A DNA stretch of 64,000 nucleotides from Camelus ferus (taxonomy: Eukaryota), in the NCBI RefSeq assembly GCF_009834535.1, contig NC_045707.1, positions 56,050,001 to 56,114,000 on the forward strand, in the 5' to 3' direction. Each line of letters starts with the position of its first letter. Within the stretch, counting starts at the first letter, position 1. Both the position numbers and the translations under genes were made by a program. The notes beneath the pieces were generated by a model, which saw only the letters and a program-made list of their open reading frames with translations, made no database searches and was not told the DNA's origin. This document shows positions 39,900 through 52,205 of this stretch, one piece after another.

Positions 39900-40400
39900 T
39901 TATCATTCCAGATCTGGGATCCCTAGCTAGGAATGAAACTCCACACAGTTTTATAAGTTACTGTCTAACTATTTTTCAAAGCTATATACTAATTTACACT
40001 CACACCCATAATATATAAGAATTTCCACAAATCGATATTAACTCTTGGTATCCATATCAACTCTTGGTATTGTCAGTAATATTGGAGAATATTACATACA
40101 CCATTATGAATCAATAAGATAGTGCTACGAATCACAACAAAGATGAATTTTTAAAACATTGTACTGAGTTTTTAAAAAGCGAATGGCAAAAGGCTTTACA
40201 GAGCTCAGTACCATTTTTACAAAGTTCAAAACCAGACAAATGTAGAGAGGTATATACATATATGATAAAACTATTTAAAAAAAAACAGCAGAATAATAAA
40301 CACAAAATTCTGGATGGTGTTTTTCCCCAGTGAAAGTAGATGTATGGGATTTGGGAGAAATACTTAAATATTTATATTTTACTCTTTTGTAAGCATAAAT
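39900..40400. mobile_element. Ancient L1M 3' fragments, apparently minus (~39900-40080) then plus (~40100-40400)
   Basis: tttttcaaagctatatactaatttacactc is L1 antisense; tatgataaaactatttaaaaaaa...ataaacacaaaattctggatggtg is an L1ME-type 3' end in sense. Confidence 0.55.
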
Positions 40401-40419
40401 TAATGTAAAATTTGTATTT

Positions 40420-40576
40420 TTTTAATTGAAACATAGTTGATTTACAATCTTGTGTTAGTTTCAGGTGCACAGCACAGTGACTCAGTATTTTTGCAGATAA
40501 TACTCCATTATGGGTTATTACATGCTAATTGGTATAATTCCTTGTGCTGCACAGTATATCCTTGGTGCTTAGCTAT
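40420..40576 (-). mobile_element. LINE-1 extreme 3' end (older subfamily)
   Basis: aattgaaacatagttgatttacaatcttgtgttagtttcaggtgcacagcacagtgactcag. Perfect TSD TAAAATTTGTATTT at 40406-40419 and 40577-40590. Confidence 0.9.
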
Positions 40577-41396
40577 TAAAATTTGTATTTGTTAAGGTGG
40601 CAACAGCACCATACAAATCTTACTACACATCACAGTAAAATCTTAAAAAACACTATTTCTGCCAAAATAGTCTAGAGTTTCTAGAGACTCTCGACTAATC
40701 CTTTGATATTTCAATCATACTCTTTTGAAGGGCCTCTCTGGTCATTATCCATGGTGATAACTGCCTGATCCCTCCCTGTCATTGCCCCATTTGTCTATGG
40801 GTTTATGTGTTAACTCAGATCTTACTGAGCCACTTCCACTGACTTCATGGAATGTTGCTTCCTTTGCAAGATATCCAATTTAAGTGTGCATTTTGCATAG
40901 CATTTGCATATGATTTTGAGATGTTCACAGAAGATAGCAAAAGACTTATCAACTTGCTACCAAAGAGCAGAGATGCTAGAAGGCTTAAGTAGAGAGAGAC
41001 AAGCAATAAGGAGAGATCATTAATAAGTATTTTCTTGGTTTTGAGAGCAAATCTCATACCTGCAGGAACTATGATAACAAGCACTGTACAAGTTGGATTT
41101 CTGAGCATTAAGTACATTTCCTAACCCATATAGAGCCTCAAATTGCTCTTCAATGAACTGACTGATGAAAACATTACCAAACCGCTGGCCCCTCAACGTC
41201 ACTATAAAGAAGGGAAGGCAATTTACATGGAAAACTCTGTAAACATTCAAGCTCATTTAATCAAATGTTAATATTTTAAAGAGATTTTTATTCATGAGCA
41301 AATTGCCAGAGAAGGCAATTATTCAAATGAGGCAACGTTTATTTCGACTGAGAACCAAAATGAACAAAGCACATCACAACAAATAACAGAGGAATA

Positions 41397-41675
41397 CCAT
41401 CAGCCCTCCATATCCCTGGGTTCCACATCTGTGAATTCAACCAACTGCAGATTGAAAATACATATATTTTTTAATTCCAGAAAATCCCAAAAAGCAAAAA
41501 TTGATTTTGCCTCGCACTAGCAACTACTGACATAACATTCATATCATATTAGGTATTTTAAGTAATCTAGAGATGACTGAAAGCATAATAACAGGGGAAG
41601 ATGTGTGTATATGCAAATACTACATTATACTACATTAGATCTGAGACCCTAACCCCAGCTGATACCAGGGACCAT
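41397..41675. mobile_element. TcMar-Tigger MITE (MER2-like)
   Basis: cagccctccatatccctgggttccacatctgtgaattcaaccaac...aagtaatctagagatga...tatgcaaatactac...gataccaggga. Confidence 0.85.
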
Positions 41676-42749
41676 TTCTGCTAAGTGTGTCCCAAAGATC
41701 ACTAGAGGAGGCTCTCATTTGTTTCCTAATAGATTCTCAGTAAAATTACTGAAACTGCAAGCTCTTCAACTATGTTGAAAATGGGATCAACTTATTTTCA
41801 ACTTTGAAGGAACATACCTCTATTAAAGTTAAGGCCAGCTACATACTGTAAGCTATGCCCAAACTGATAGTATGTGGGGTTTGTCATGCATTTTCTTTTT
41901 ATCCCTGGAAATCAGGATTTTGTTGTAGGAAGAGAACCTGAACTGAAAAACACAAGGGGTGTTAAGTAAAATAAAGCTTCTAAAATAGCAATATTTTCAT
42001 TCTCACAGCTAACACAACGATTCACATTTTCTTCGCAGGAAAAAAAGGCCCTTGAGGCAAAGGGCCCCGTTAGAGCCACGTGCACGAATCCTCCTGTAAC
42101 AGTGTGATATTTGGATTGGAAGTTGCCCATCTGTGTGTACAAGCAGTAGGGCCATCACTTCCACTATGTGGCAGATTCCCTTCAAAAAAAGTAAATGCTG
42201 TTAGGCCAAAGGAAAATGCTGTCAAAATCCAAAAAAAAAAAAATGTCTCCGCAGTCAACAGAGCTGGTGAGTATTGCTAAATGACTCCCGAAAGCCAGAT
42301 CTCTCCTGGTCTTCTATCTGCTTGCTTTGTTTATATCCGATCACTGTTCAGGATACTACTCTGACGCTAATTATTCAAAGGTGGGAAGGAGGTCTATGTA
42401 TTCCTTTGTCTCTTGCTGGGACCAAATCTGGACACAGTAATACCTGCCAAGACAGAGAGGCCGCAGCGGTAAGGTGAAATCCTCATGGAGCTTTACCCGC
42501 AGGAGGATTGCTCCTAAGCATTCCCAACCTCTTCTTTTCTTTGAAAAAGAAAAAATGCGTGCTTTCTTTAACTCTTTGACAGACTAATAACCCAGCTACT
42601 CTGCTAATCAAGGCTTGATCTGTCCTTGGAAGGGTTTCACAGATCTCAAAGTCCTGACAGTCCTATATGGGAAAATGGTAAAGCATCAGAGATGGGAAGG
42701 ACATTGAGGGGCTAGGGTTGTTAATTTTTTTTTCAATCTTACATACTTT

Positions 42750-43000
42750 TATTAGTAAATAAAGAAAATGTACTAAGCATTCACCTTAAGAAGTTAGAAA
42801 AATAAGACAGAAAAAACCCAGAGAACATATAAGGAAATGATAAAGCTATGACTAGGGAGTTTTAGAGATAATTTTACCACATATTCAAAGAACAGGTCAT
42901 TCTTTTGCTACACAGCTGACTATGTATGAGCTACCGTAACCCTGCCTCCCAAACAAGACAAGGGCCCTCTATGTCACTTATGAGCAGGGACGTAAGAGTT
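42750..43000 (+). mobile_element. Ancient L1M ORF2 remnant
   Basis: attcaccttaagaagttagaaaaa...ttttaccacatattcaaagaaca. Confidence 0.5.
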
Positions 43001-43122
43001 GTTTCTTCTATTATGTCATTTTCCTGTGGTAGTTGTTTACTTTCTGCATCATAATAAACAAAAAACACACTTTTTTTTTTTACGAAAAATTAAATTACTA
43101 ACCAAAAAAAAAGTAATGGTAC

Positions 43123-43605
43123 TAGAGACAAAAAATGTTGCTGGCCACTTCAGTAAAGAAAGAATGTTACCTGCCATTCTAGTAAACCAGGAATGTGGTC
43201 GCCACCAAGCCATCAGCCACTGCAGCTGCCCACAAAGGTTTGCCCTGAGGGGGGTTTAAAATGGAGAAAAACAGGATCATGGCCCTACAGAGTTAAGATG
43301 CAGATCTAAGGAATAATTTCAATGAGCCTAGACTCTTGCATCTTCTCACATACAGGAAACACTAAAATCATGAGCTTGAGATGTCCGTATTTGCGATTAG
43401 CAGTCATCTTTTGATGTTCAGCTACATGTTGTTTTGTTTTGTTTTTCAACAAAAACTCATATATCCTCGTTCCTCCCTTACCTCTTCAGAACTGTTCCTC
43501 TGAGCTATCTGAGAGGCTGTCTCCTGGACTACATAGTCCCCAGTAGGGTCCCCAAATAAAATTTGACTTGAAATTTTTAGGTTGTACGTGTTTCTTCAGT
43601 CGACA
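43123..43605 (+). mobile_element. ERV1-like solo LTR
   Basis: Perfect 4-bp TSD GTAC (43119-43122, 43606-43609); ends tttcttcagtcgaca; AATAAA ~43555; gagctatctgagaggctgtctcc R-region motif. Confidence 0.85.
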
Positions 43606-43659
43606 GTACATAACACTAAGTTAGTTCTGAGGATAAAGGCAGATCCAATATTAAATAAG

Positions 43660-44170
43660 AACGTATCAATTAGGTCTATTTCAGTTACAAGTGACAGAAA
43701 TCCAACTTCAACTGGTTTACAAAAAAAGAGGAATTCATTGGTTCTTGTAACTGATGAGACATTCAGACTGGACTGTCAGGATTCTTTGTTTCCAGCTCAA
43801 GCTTTGACTTCCCCTCCTCCCCCAGGAATGATGGGAGCTCCCACCAACACCAGGCTATCTTACTACAACATGCTAAGAAATTTCAGAGGAAAGAAGTTAA
43901 AAGTCTCCTTTCCAATAATTCCAACCAAAATGCCAAGAATTGAGTCTTACTTGATCAATATCAGTTACTTAGCCATCAGTTCATCCCTGTGAGCAAGAGA
44001 TGGGTCCCTGGTCCATTAAAGCAAGGGGAGCGTGCGGGCAGCCCCTCCTGATCTACACAGACCGAGGATATAGGAGGAGAGTTTTCCCAAATGAAACTGC
44101 AGACACTATAAGGACAAGAAAAGGGAAATTGATGCTGGAGAAACACAAACAATAGATGCCCATCACAATC
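43660..44170 (-). mobile_element. Old MaLR LTR (MLT1K/L-like)
   Basis: tttcagttacaagtgacagaaatccaacttcaactggttta...ggaattcattggttcttgtaactga is the reverse-complemented 3' end of late MLT1. Confidence 0.65.
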
Positions 44171-44647
44171 AACTACTGCTCCATACATTAAAAGAACAAA
44201 GGGAAAATCGATGTACTGAGCAGCTCAACTTACCTGCCAGCGCCTACTGTGTAATACAGTTCCCAATAATCAGAATTGAAACCGCATTTCAACACTGATG
44301 GAGCTGAAGAATTTTCCACTCAAAGTGACTGCAAGTTGGAATGTTGGCAGGCATTCCAAATACAATAGTATACAGATGAATTTTGATTTTTGATTCATAA
44401 CCTCTATTTCATAGAAGCTTTGATTTGTGCAAGCTGCTCACAGATAGCACTTGGAAAATGATTATGCCTCGCATGACACTTTTATCTGAGATTCCTTCTA
44501 TAGCTCATTTAACCCATCCTCAAACGTTCCTGCTCATGAGATGAGGGCAATTGTACCATACTTTGAGCAAATCAAACAGAAGAAAACTCAATTTCCAGGC
44601 CATGTAAATTCGGGAGTGCTTTTTCACATTCCAAAATGATACAGCCC

Positions 44648-44900
44648 AGGGGGTTAGGCATAGCTCAATGGTAGAGCACACACTTAGCATGCATGAGGTC
44701 CTGGGTTCAATTCCCAGTACCTCCACTAAAAAAAATAAATAAATAAAAATAAATAAATAAATAAGGGGGGAGAGTATAGCTCAGTGATAGAGTGATTAGC
44801 ATGTACAAGGTCCTGAGTTCAATTCCTAATACCTTCATTAAAAATGAATAAAATAAGTAAGTAAATATGCCTAATTACCTCCCCCCAAAACAAACAAAAA
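44648..44900 (+). mobile_element. Head-to-tail pair of Vic-1-like SINEs inside one TSD
   Basis: Two tRNA heads at 44649 and 44765. 17-bp TSD CCAA(A/G)ATGATACAGCCC at 44631-44647 and 44901-44917. Confidence 0.93.
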
Positions 44901-46161
44901 CCAAGATGATACAGCCCTGCATGAACTGACTCAGATGAAGTACTTCTGAAAAGTACTTCTAGTACAATCCAAATACTTAATTTACAAAGTTTTATTCTAC
45001 AAACAAATTAGCAAAGCCCACCTATTACTTTAACCGAGGGCCGTCCACTTCTCATAAAACAAAGTCGCTAAGCCTGATACCCCACGGGTTTTGGTTTTGG
45101 TTTTGTAACAGCTTTCTTAACTCAGTGAATTAAACGATTAGTGAGAAAAATCATTAACAAATTATTTGTTTCTGGGAGCCACCAAGAAAGGAGTGCATTT
45201 AAAACAATGCAATCAGTCTTTATTATTATTATCTAAGAAAAGCCTTAATTTCTCAATTTTCTCTCAAGTTAATTCTAATAAACAAAAGGCAGAATAATGG
45301 AAATATGAGCAGATAGCATTCCCGTGGGGTATCTCCTGGAAAAACAGGTGGACTCCCAGGCATAAATTTCAATCTCCCAATTCTGGTGACATCTCCATTT
45401 GTCCCTTTCACAGATGTAACTGTAGGATTTCAGAATGTCCCAATGCCGAGAGAACCTGCTCAATGATGGCTCTAACTCCATCAATCTTTTCTATTTAATG
45501 TAGTGCAATTTATTTTCACCTTATTCTCCTAGGAGGGCCAACCACTTTCATTGACAATACACATGCTGTCTTTTGAAATCAATTAACTTCTGCATCAAAA
45601 AACTAGAAATGCATTTTGGAAGACCTCTGAAAATTTAAACAGCTTTACACATTAATCAATTGGGTCTTCCAGAGAATTTATTATGCCTTTGGCTCTCTCA
45701 CATGAGAGACCTACATTTCAGAAGTTATATGTAAAGTTTCCAAACCTCTTTTAAAAGAAATGAGCTTTAGACATTTTCTTTTTTACAGCTTCTTCTCAAT
45801 TCAGCAAACAGAAATGAACAATTATTTTCCTAAGTCTGTTCTCTCCGATTAAAATGACTAAGCCAATCAATATATAAAACACTGACCAATATATAAAATT
45901 AGTTATAAACACTTGTTATAATAACTTTAAAAATTCAACTTTTAAAATTCAACCCTCCTCTCTGTAAAGCCACATATGAGGAAATCATTTAAAGAATGTT
46001 TACACGTGGTCAGTCTTTTTGCTTTTACAAAACTTTTTCCAGTATTTAAAAAAAAAAAATCCCATTTTGTTTTCAGTGAGCAAACTCGCCTGACAATATC
46101 AAGACTGCAGCAATAAGTGATTTCCTCTTTGTACATTTTATATTAAAAAATAAACTTTACT

Positions 46162-46545
46162 ACAAATATCATATGATATCACTTATATGTGGAATCTGAA
46201 AAAAAAAATACAAATTCAATTTACAGACCAAAAACAGACTCACGGACACAGGAGATAAACTATGGTTACCAAAGGAAAAAGGGCGGGGAGGGATAAATTC
46301 GAGGTTGGGGATTAACAGATACACATTACAATATATAAAATAGATAAACAACAAGGACCTTCTGTATAGCACAGGAAACTATATTCAATTTGTTATAATA
46401 ATATATAATGAAAAAGAATCTGAAAAGAAAATACATATATGCACGTATATGTATAACTGAATCACTCTGCTGTACACCAGAAACTACCGTTGTAAATTGA
46501 TAACATTTAATAAATTTTTTTTTAAATAAAAATAAATAAATAAAT
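46162..46545 (+). mobile_element. LINE-1 3' UTR fragment
   Basis: atatgatatcacttatatgtggaatct...ataactgaatcactctgctgtacaccagaaac. Imperfect TSD aaataaactttac / aaataaaccttac. Confidence 0.93.
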
Positions 46546-47249
46546 AAACCTTACACAGTTAATCTTTGGAGTTACTTGGCTCCTGAGGGTAGGAGAGGAA
46601 AAGTGATGAGTAAAAAAGACAGCCTACAGGACGAACTGTGTATCTGGTCTGTGCCCCAGTGCTTCTAAACTGGAATAGAAAAACCAGGGGACCAACAACA
46701 TATATGTCCCCCACCTTGCTGGCTTAACAGAGCAGTGCTCATTCCAAAAGGTGTGGAAAAGACCTGGACAGAAAAACCCTCACTATCACAGGCCTCAAGG
46801 ACAGCAGGAACAAAAGATCCAGGTGCCTGGAACTTGGGCGTCTAAGGACAAGACAGTAACATCTGACATGGGACATGTCAGAGCAAGCTGCCCCACCGCA
46901 CAGCACAGCAACGAGCAGGGATAAAGAGAAGACAGAGGGGACGCACCTTCATATATTGTTAAACCTATCCCCGCAAAGTCTTAGGTTATTTTTTATGAAG
47001 TTCGTTGCTCCTATGTAAAACAAAAGCCCTATTACAGTGCTTATTTTCTTTGAGGTTACATACTAGATGTTTACTCACATCGACTAAGGTATACGAGATG
47101 TTATGGAGATGTATATATCTCTTATTCAAAATCAATTTGCTGGAAGTAGTGGCTGGTCCTTTTAAGTTCTTTAAATTAAAAATATGCCAAGAGTGGCTAG
47201 CTACTCCCTAGTTTATGCTCCAAAAAAATATAAATAGCTCACCTATTAG

Positions 47250-47760
47250 TAACTTGGGATAACCTCATACACGTGATTCTTGTAACCAACTAGAGTGAAA
47301 AAAAATCAGAAACTCCCAATAAATGAAAAAATTGAGAGTCTATGGGGGAGTCTGTATCTAGTTAATAACCATTTGGAAAATTGTTTAACTTTACCAAAAC
47401 TACAGACTGCAAGTTAAAATGGAATGCCATTTTTCTCCTGTAAAAATTGTACTAATCTTGAAAACTAATAGCCAATAATACCAATTACAACAAAGTGTAT
47501 GATCTGGAGGCCGTGGAAATTGGCACAATCTTTTCTGAAATACTTTGGAATTCTGCCCATCCCTTTAACACTAAACTGTTTAGTTGGAAACACCCAAAAT
47601 ATGTAAGTATCAAAAACACATTTCACACTCCATACAATGTACATGTTCATAATTCCAGACATTTTTTCTAAAAGGGAAAAAAAATTTAGGAAATAGTAAT
47701 GGTAGGAGCTAAAAAAAAATCAATAAATTTTGAAAATCTACAATTTTAAACATGTATACT
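47250..47760 (+). mobile_element. Ancient L1M (ORF2 end) remnant
   Basis: aagttaaaatggaatgccatttttctcctgtaaaaattg...aaattggcacaatcttttctgaaa...atgtacatgttcat. Confidence 0.5.
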
Positions 47761-48137
47761 TTATGAAATAGTAAACACTGGCAAATTTGCTAAAACTATG
47801 CTTTCAATTTTTCCTTCTTTAAATGGACTAAAAACATTATCGTTATAGAATCTTAATATATTCATATATATTCACATACATATTAATATAGTCTTGTGCA
47901 TTCATATTCCCATAAACAAGCAATACTCACATTATTCATGATTTTTTCAAGATTTGCCCTTTTCAATCCATTGCTTTTTCTTTAAGAGATGATTTACAAT
48001 AATTTCAAAATGACTTTTTAAACAGTTTTAAAAATAACTTTATACAACTTTTATTTTAGAAATCTAGGATTATATTTTGTTCTGCCTCAGAAATTAATAT
48101 TATCCCAGAAATTTGTTAGTACAAAAATAACCCCCAT

Positions 48138-48978
48138 AAATGCAAATCAAAATTACAATGAGGTATCAACTCACACCAGTCAGAATGGCCATCACTTAAA
48201 AAGTCCACAAATGATCAATGCTGGAGAGGGTGTGGAGAAAAAGGAATCCTCCTACACTATTGGTGGGAATGTAGTTTGGTGCAGCCACTATGGAAAACAG
48301 TATGGAGGTTTCTTAAAAAACTGAAAATAGACTTACCCTATGATCCAGCACTCCCATTCCTGGGCATCTATCTGGACAAGACTCTAATTTGAAAAGATAC
48401 ATGCACCCCAATGTCCATAGCAGCACTATTTACAACAGCCAAGACATGGAAGCAACCTAAGTGTCCATCAACAAATGACTGGATAAAGACAATATGATAT
48501 ATTTATACAATGGGATACTACTCAGCCACAAAAAGAATGCAATACCATTTGCAGCAACATGGATGAACCTGCAGATTGTCATACTAAGTGAAGTAAGCCA
48601 CAGAGAGAAAGAAAAACACCATATGATATCACTTACCTTAAAAAAAGACACAAATGAACTTATTTACAAAACAGAAATAGACTCACAGACATAGAAAAAG
48701 AACTCATGGTTACAAGTGGGGGGAGGAGGGTGGGAAGAGATAAAATGGGAATTTGAGATTTGCAGATACTAACTACTATATATAAAAAAGATAAACAAGT
48801 TCCTATGGTATAGCACAGGTAACTATATTCAATATCTTGTAACAGCCTATAATGAAAAAGAATAAGAAAAAGAATATATACATGTATGTATATAACTGAA
48901 TCACTATGCTGTACACCAGAAACTAACGCAACATTGTAAATTGACTTTACACCAATTTAATTTTTTTTTTTAATTTTT
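48138..48978 (+). mobile_element. 5'-truncated LINE-1 (ORF2 C-terminus + 3' UTR)
   Basis: Starts atgcaaatcaaaattacaatgaggtatc (MQIK.TMRY.LTPVRMAI of ORF2p). Imperfect TSD aaaataacccccata / aaagtatctctcata. Confidence 0.95.
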
Positions 48979-48994
48979 AAAAGTATCTCTCATA

Positions 48995-49510
48995 GCACAT
49001 AGGTAAAGATTCCAGGCTCTGAAGTCATACTTGCCTGGGTACAAATCTCAGCTCCATCACTTGATCTTGAGCAAGTTATTTAACTTCTCTTTGTTTAACA
49101 GTTTCTTCATCCAAAAACTAAAAATGTGTTCACACAGTAACTCTCTACTAAATATCTAACAGGCACCAGGCACGATCACATCCACTGTCCTAGGATTTAG
49201 CCCAGAGAAGAAAACTAACAGTCACTGACCTCCCAGAGCTTATATATTGGTGGGATAACTCAGAAGGCTGCAGGGAGCAACTCAAAACATATTACATACA
49301 TAAAGCACTTTGCGTGGTGTTGGAAACGAACATATGCTCAAAAGAGGAAAGCTATAAAGTCACAGGATTGATAATAGTTATTATTATCTCATGCGACTGA
49401 TGATGGCTCTAATTATCTCACAGGATTGTTGTGAAAATTAAATGAGCTAATTCATACAAAGCACTTGGCCTTAGGTTTAAAAAAATTCTATACATATCAG
49501 CTATTATTAT
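48995..49510 (+). mobile_element. MIR (48995-49125 and 49410-49510) with intervening L2-like sequence
   Basis: ctgggtacaaatctcagctccatcact...gagcaagttatttaacttctct, then tctcacaggattgttgtgaaaattaaatgagctaat. Confidence 0.7.
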
Positions 49511-49780
49511 AAAATAATAAACGTCAAGATTATTTCCGATGGAATCTCTATTCACTGGGGGTGGGGGTGGGGGGAAGGGAGTGAGGGATACTAGGAAGGT
49601 TTTACACGTCCTGCAAGAAATGGCAAACCCCATGATGTGTCAGGTCACCTCTCAAAACATGAGGAAAGATGGCAAGGGCCATCTCATCCTCCATCTCAAT
49701 CATGCTTGCTGGTCTCTGACAGAAGCCTCCTGACTGGGTCGGCATTACAGGAAATAGTTAACATCAATCATTCCCTATTT

Positions 49781-49831
<51 letters not shown>

Positions 49832-50456
49832 TTGTTATAGTCAGCTTACAACGTTGTGTCAATTTCTGGTGTACAGCACAATTTTTCAGTCATACATGAA
49901 TATACATATATTCATTTTCATATTCCTTTTCACCATGAGCTACTACAAGATCTTGAATATATTGCCCTGTGCTATACAGCATAAACTTGTTTATCTATTC
50001 TATATATACCTGTCAGTATCTACAAATCTCGACCTCCCAGTTTGTCCCTTCCCACCCCCACCCCCGATCCTGGCAACCACAAGTTTGTATTCTATGTCTG
50101 TGAGTCAGTTTCTGTTTTACATTTAGGTTAATTTGTCTTTTTTTTTTTTTTAAGATTCTGCATATGAGTGATATCACATGGTATTTTTCTTTCTCTTTCT
50201 GGCTTACTTCACTTAGAATGACATTCTCCAGGGACATTCATGTTGCTGCAAATGGCATTATGTTGTCATTAGAGCTGAATAGTATTCCACTGTATAAATG
50301 TACCACAACTTCTTTAGTCAGTCATCTGTCGATAGACATTTAGATTTTTTCCATGTCTTGGCTATTGTAAATAGTGCTGCTATGAACACTGGGGTGCAGG
50401 TGTCTTTTTGAATTAGGGCTCCTTTTGGATATATGCCCAGGAGTGGGATTGCTGGA
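49781..50456 (-). mobile_element. 5'-truncated LINE-1 with (TTTA)n tail
   Basis: L1 antisense through gcccaggagtgggattgctgga. TSD atcattccctattt (49767-49780) / atcaatccttattt (50457-50470). Confidence 0.95.
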
Positions 50457-50484
50457 ATCAATCCTTATTTTAAAAATTGTTTTA

Positions 50485-50667
50485 CAACAGATTTCTACTG
50501 TATAGAACACGGAACTATATTCAGTATCTTGTAGTGACCTATAATGAAAAAGAATATGAAAATGAATATATGTATGTATATGGATGACTGAAACAAACAT
50601 TATCCTGTACACCAGAAATTGACACAACATTGTAAACTGACTACACTTTGATTAAAAAAAGCAAAAA
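50485..50667 (+). mobile_element. LINE-1 extreme 3' end
   Basis: ctactgtatagaacacggaactatattcagtatcttgtag...gtacaccagaaattgacacaacattgtaaactgac plus A tail. TSD aaaaattgtttta (50472-50484) / aaaaatggtttta (50668-50680). Confidence 0.92.
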
Positions 50668-51099
50668 AAAAATGGTTTTAACCTTTAGAGCTCAATGATA
50701 TAAAACTTAGGGGGTGTTTCATAACTTGAACCAAATATGATTAAAGGGAAGGAAAATAAAACTACAAATAGTATGGCGCGACATCACACAGACATTTGGA
50801 ATTAGCCAAAAGGAACAACAGAGACACTGAGTTCTCTGTGCTGAGGCTGGGTTTCAAAATCAGGAATTAAGGTGCTGCACAAAACAAGCACCACATGTAT
50901 AAGGTGGAGCTGTGCTCACATTTTTAGACTTAAGTGAGAAAGGCTGAGAAGGTAGACTACGATAAAAAATGGTTTTTCCTCTATCTTTCTCACGAGGATG
51001 TACGTTGAGGACAGCAAAGATTTTGTTTTCTCACTAGGTCATACAAATGAATGAATATTAGTGTCTAAAGTGGAAGCAAGTCCAAGTTGAAAGAGTCTG

Positions 51100-51275
51100 A
51101 CAGATCTTAATTGTTCTCAGCCAGAAGAAATGTTAATTATGTAACACAATAGAGGTGTTAGCTAACCTACTATGGTAATCATATTGTACCATAAATACAG
51201 TCAAATCAGTATGTTGTACATCTTAAATGTACACAATGTAACATGTTAAATATATCTCAATTTTTTTTTTAAAAA
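51100..51275 (+). mobile_element. Older L1 3' end (L1MA8/9-like)
   Basis: gaggtgttagctaacctactatggtaatcat...caaatcagtatgttgtacatcttaaatgtacacaatgt...tatatctcaat. Confidence 0.8.
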
Positions 51276-51659
51276 GTGGGGATTGGCACACTCAGGAGAA
51301 ACCAAGTGATTCCACGATAACATAGGTCCTCTGGAAAAGAGGGAAACCATGGTTATGAAAATAGAAAAACGCGCACTCTCCCTCCTATAGGGAGCAGATA
51401 TACTCCAGGTCATCAGCAAAGAGTCTCTGCACAGATTTAGTACAAATTGGTAAAGAATGGAATTCACAGGGGAAATTCTATTTCTTGGGTTCAAATAAAA
51501 CAAGAAGCTACTTGCATTCACCAAACCTGGACACAGAATTTAACTACCACTAAAAATAACATTTTGAAAAACAAACTATGCTTAAGCACAAACTATGTAT
51601 GAAGTTTATATGTAAGAGAGATTTATACAACTAGTATCATCTAAGCCGATCATTTCATT

Positions 51660-51830
51660 CATCTATTGAGTAACTCCTAGGTGACAGGTTTAAAGTTAAC
51701 GCTATTAGTCTCCATTTTACACACGACAAAATCAGGGTCTGCAGAGGTTAACTCACTCAGGATCCTACAACTAGAAAGTTGTCAAGATTCGACTCTCTCC
51801 AAAGCACATGTTCTGTTTAACTACTTACTC
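51660..51830 (-). mobile_element. MIR SINE
   Basis: tattagtctccattttacacacgacaaaatcagggtctgcagaggttaactcactcaggatcctacaactagaaagt. Confidence 0.7.
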
Positions 51831-52114
51831 CAGTCATGCCAACATTGTTCCAAATGACTTCTAAACTTTTTTTTTAATTTAAGAAACAAATAGAAAAGTT
51901 CATCTGAATACATGGTAGCAGTATTTTCTTTTTATATCACCAGACCAATTTTGTTACATACTCCCCAGATTGATTTTTATTATATTATTTGGATTGATTA
52001 CCAAATCTGATTTGTCATATCAGAACCACCCAAAAGCTATTTGGAAACAAGTATCAAATGAACCCTCAAGGGTAAAATACTGCTATCACTGTGGATGCTT
52101 AAAATAAAGTGCTA

Positions 52115-52205
52115 AAATCAAAACTACAATGAGGTATCACCTCACACCAGTCAGAAAGACCATCATCAAAAAGTGTACAGATAATAAATGCTGAAGAGGG
52201 TGGAG
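52115..52205 (+). mobile_element. Isolated internal L1 ORF2 fragment
   Basis: aaatcaaaactacaatgaggtatcacctcacaccagtcagaa...ataaatgctgaagagggtggag encodes IKTTMRYHLTPVR. Confidence 0.9.

Noticed and set aside
44228..44330. Consensus minus donors CAG|GTAAGT (44234) and GAG|GTAAGT (63133)
   Set aside because: About one AGGTAAGT per strand is expected by chance at this length. Acceptors are weak and the peptides are unrecognised.
45275..45490. Protein-looking minus translation DGVRAIIEQVLSALGHSEILQLHL
   Set aside because: Interrupted by stops, with no splice sites and no family I can recognise.
48138..52205. 52115 fragment begins at almost the same L1 position as the 48138 element (possible local copy)
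   Set aside because: More than ten differences in ~90 bp, including an indel, suggest separate subfamilies and coincidence.
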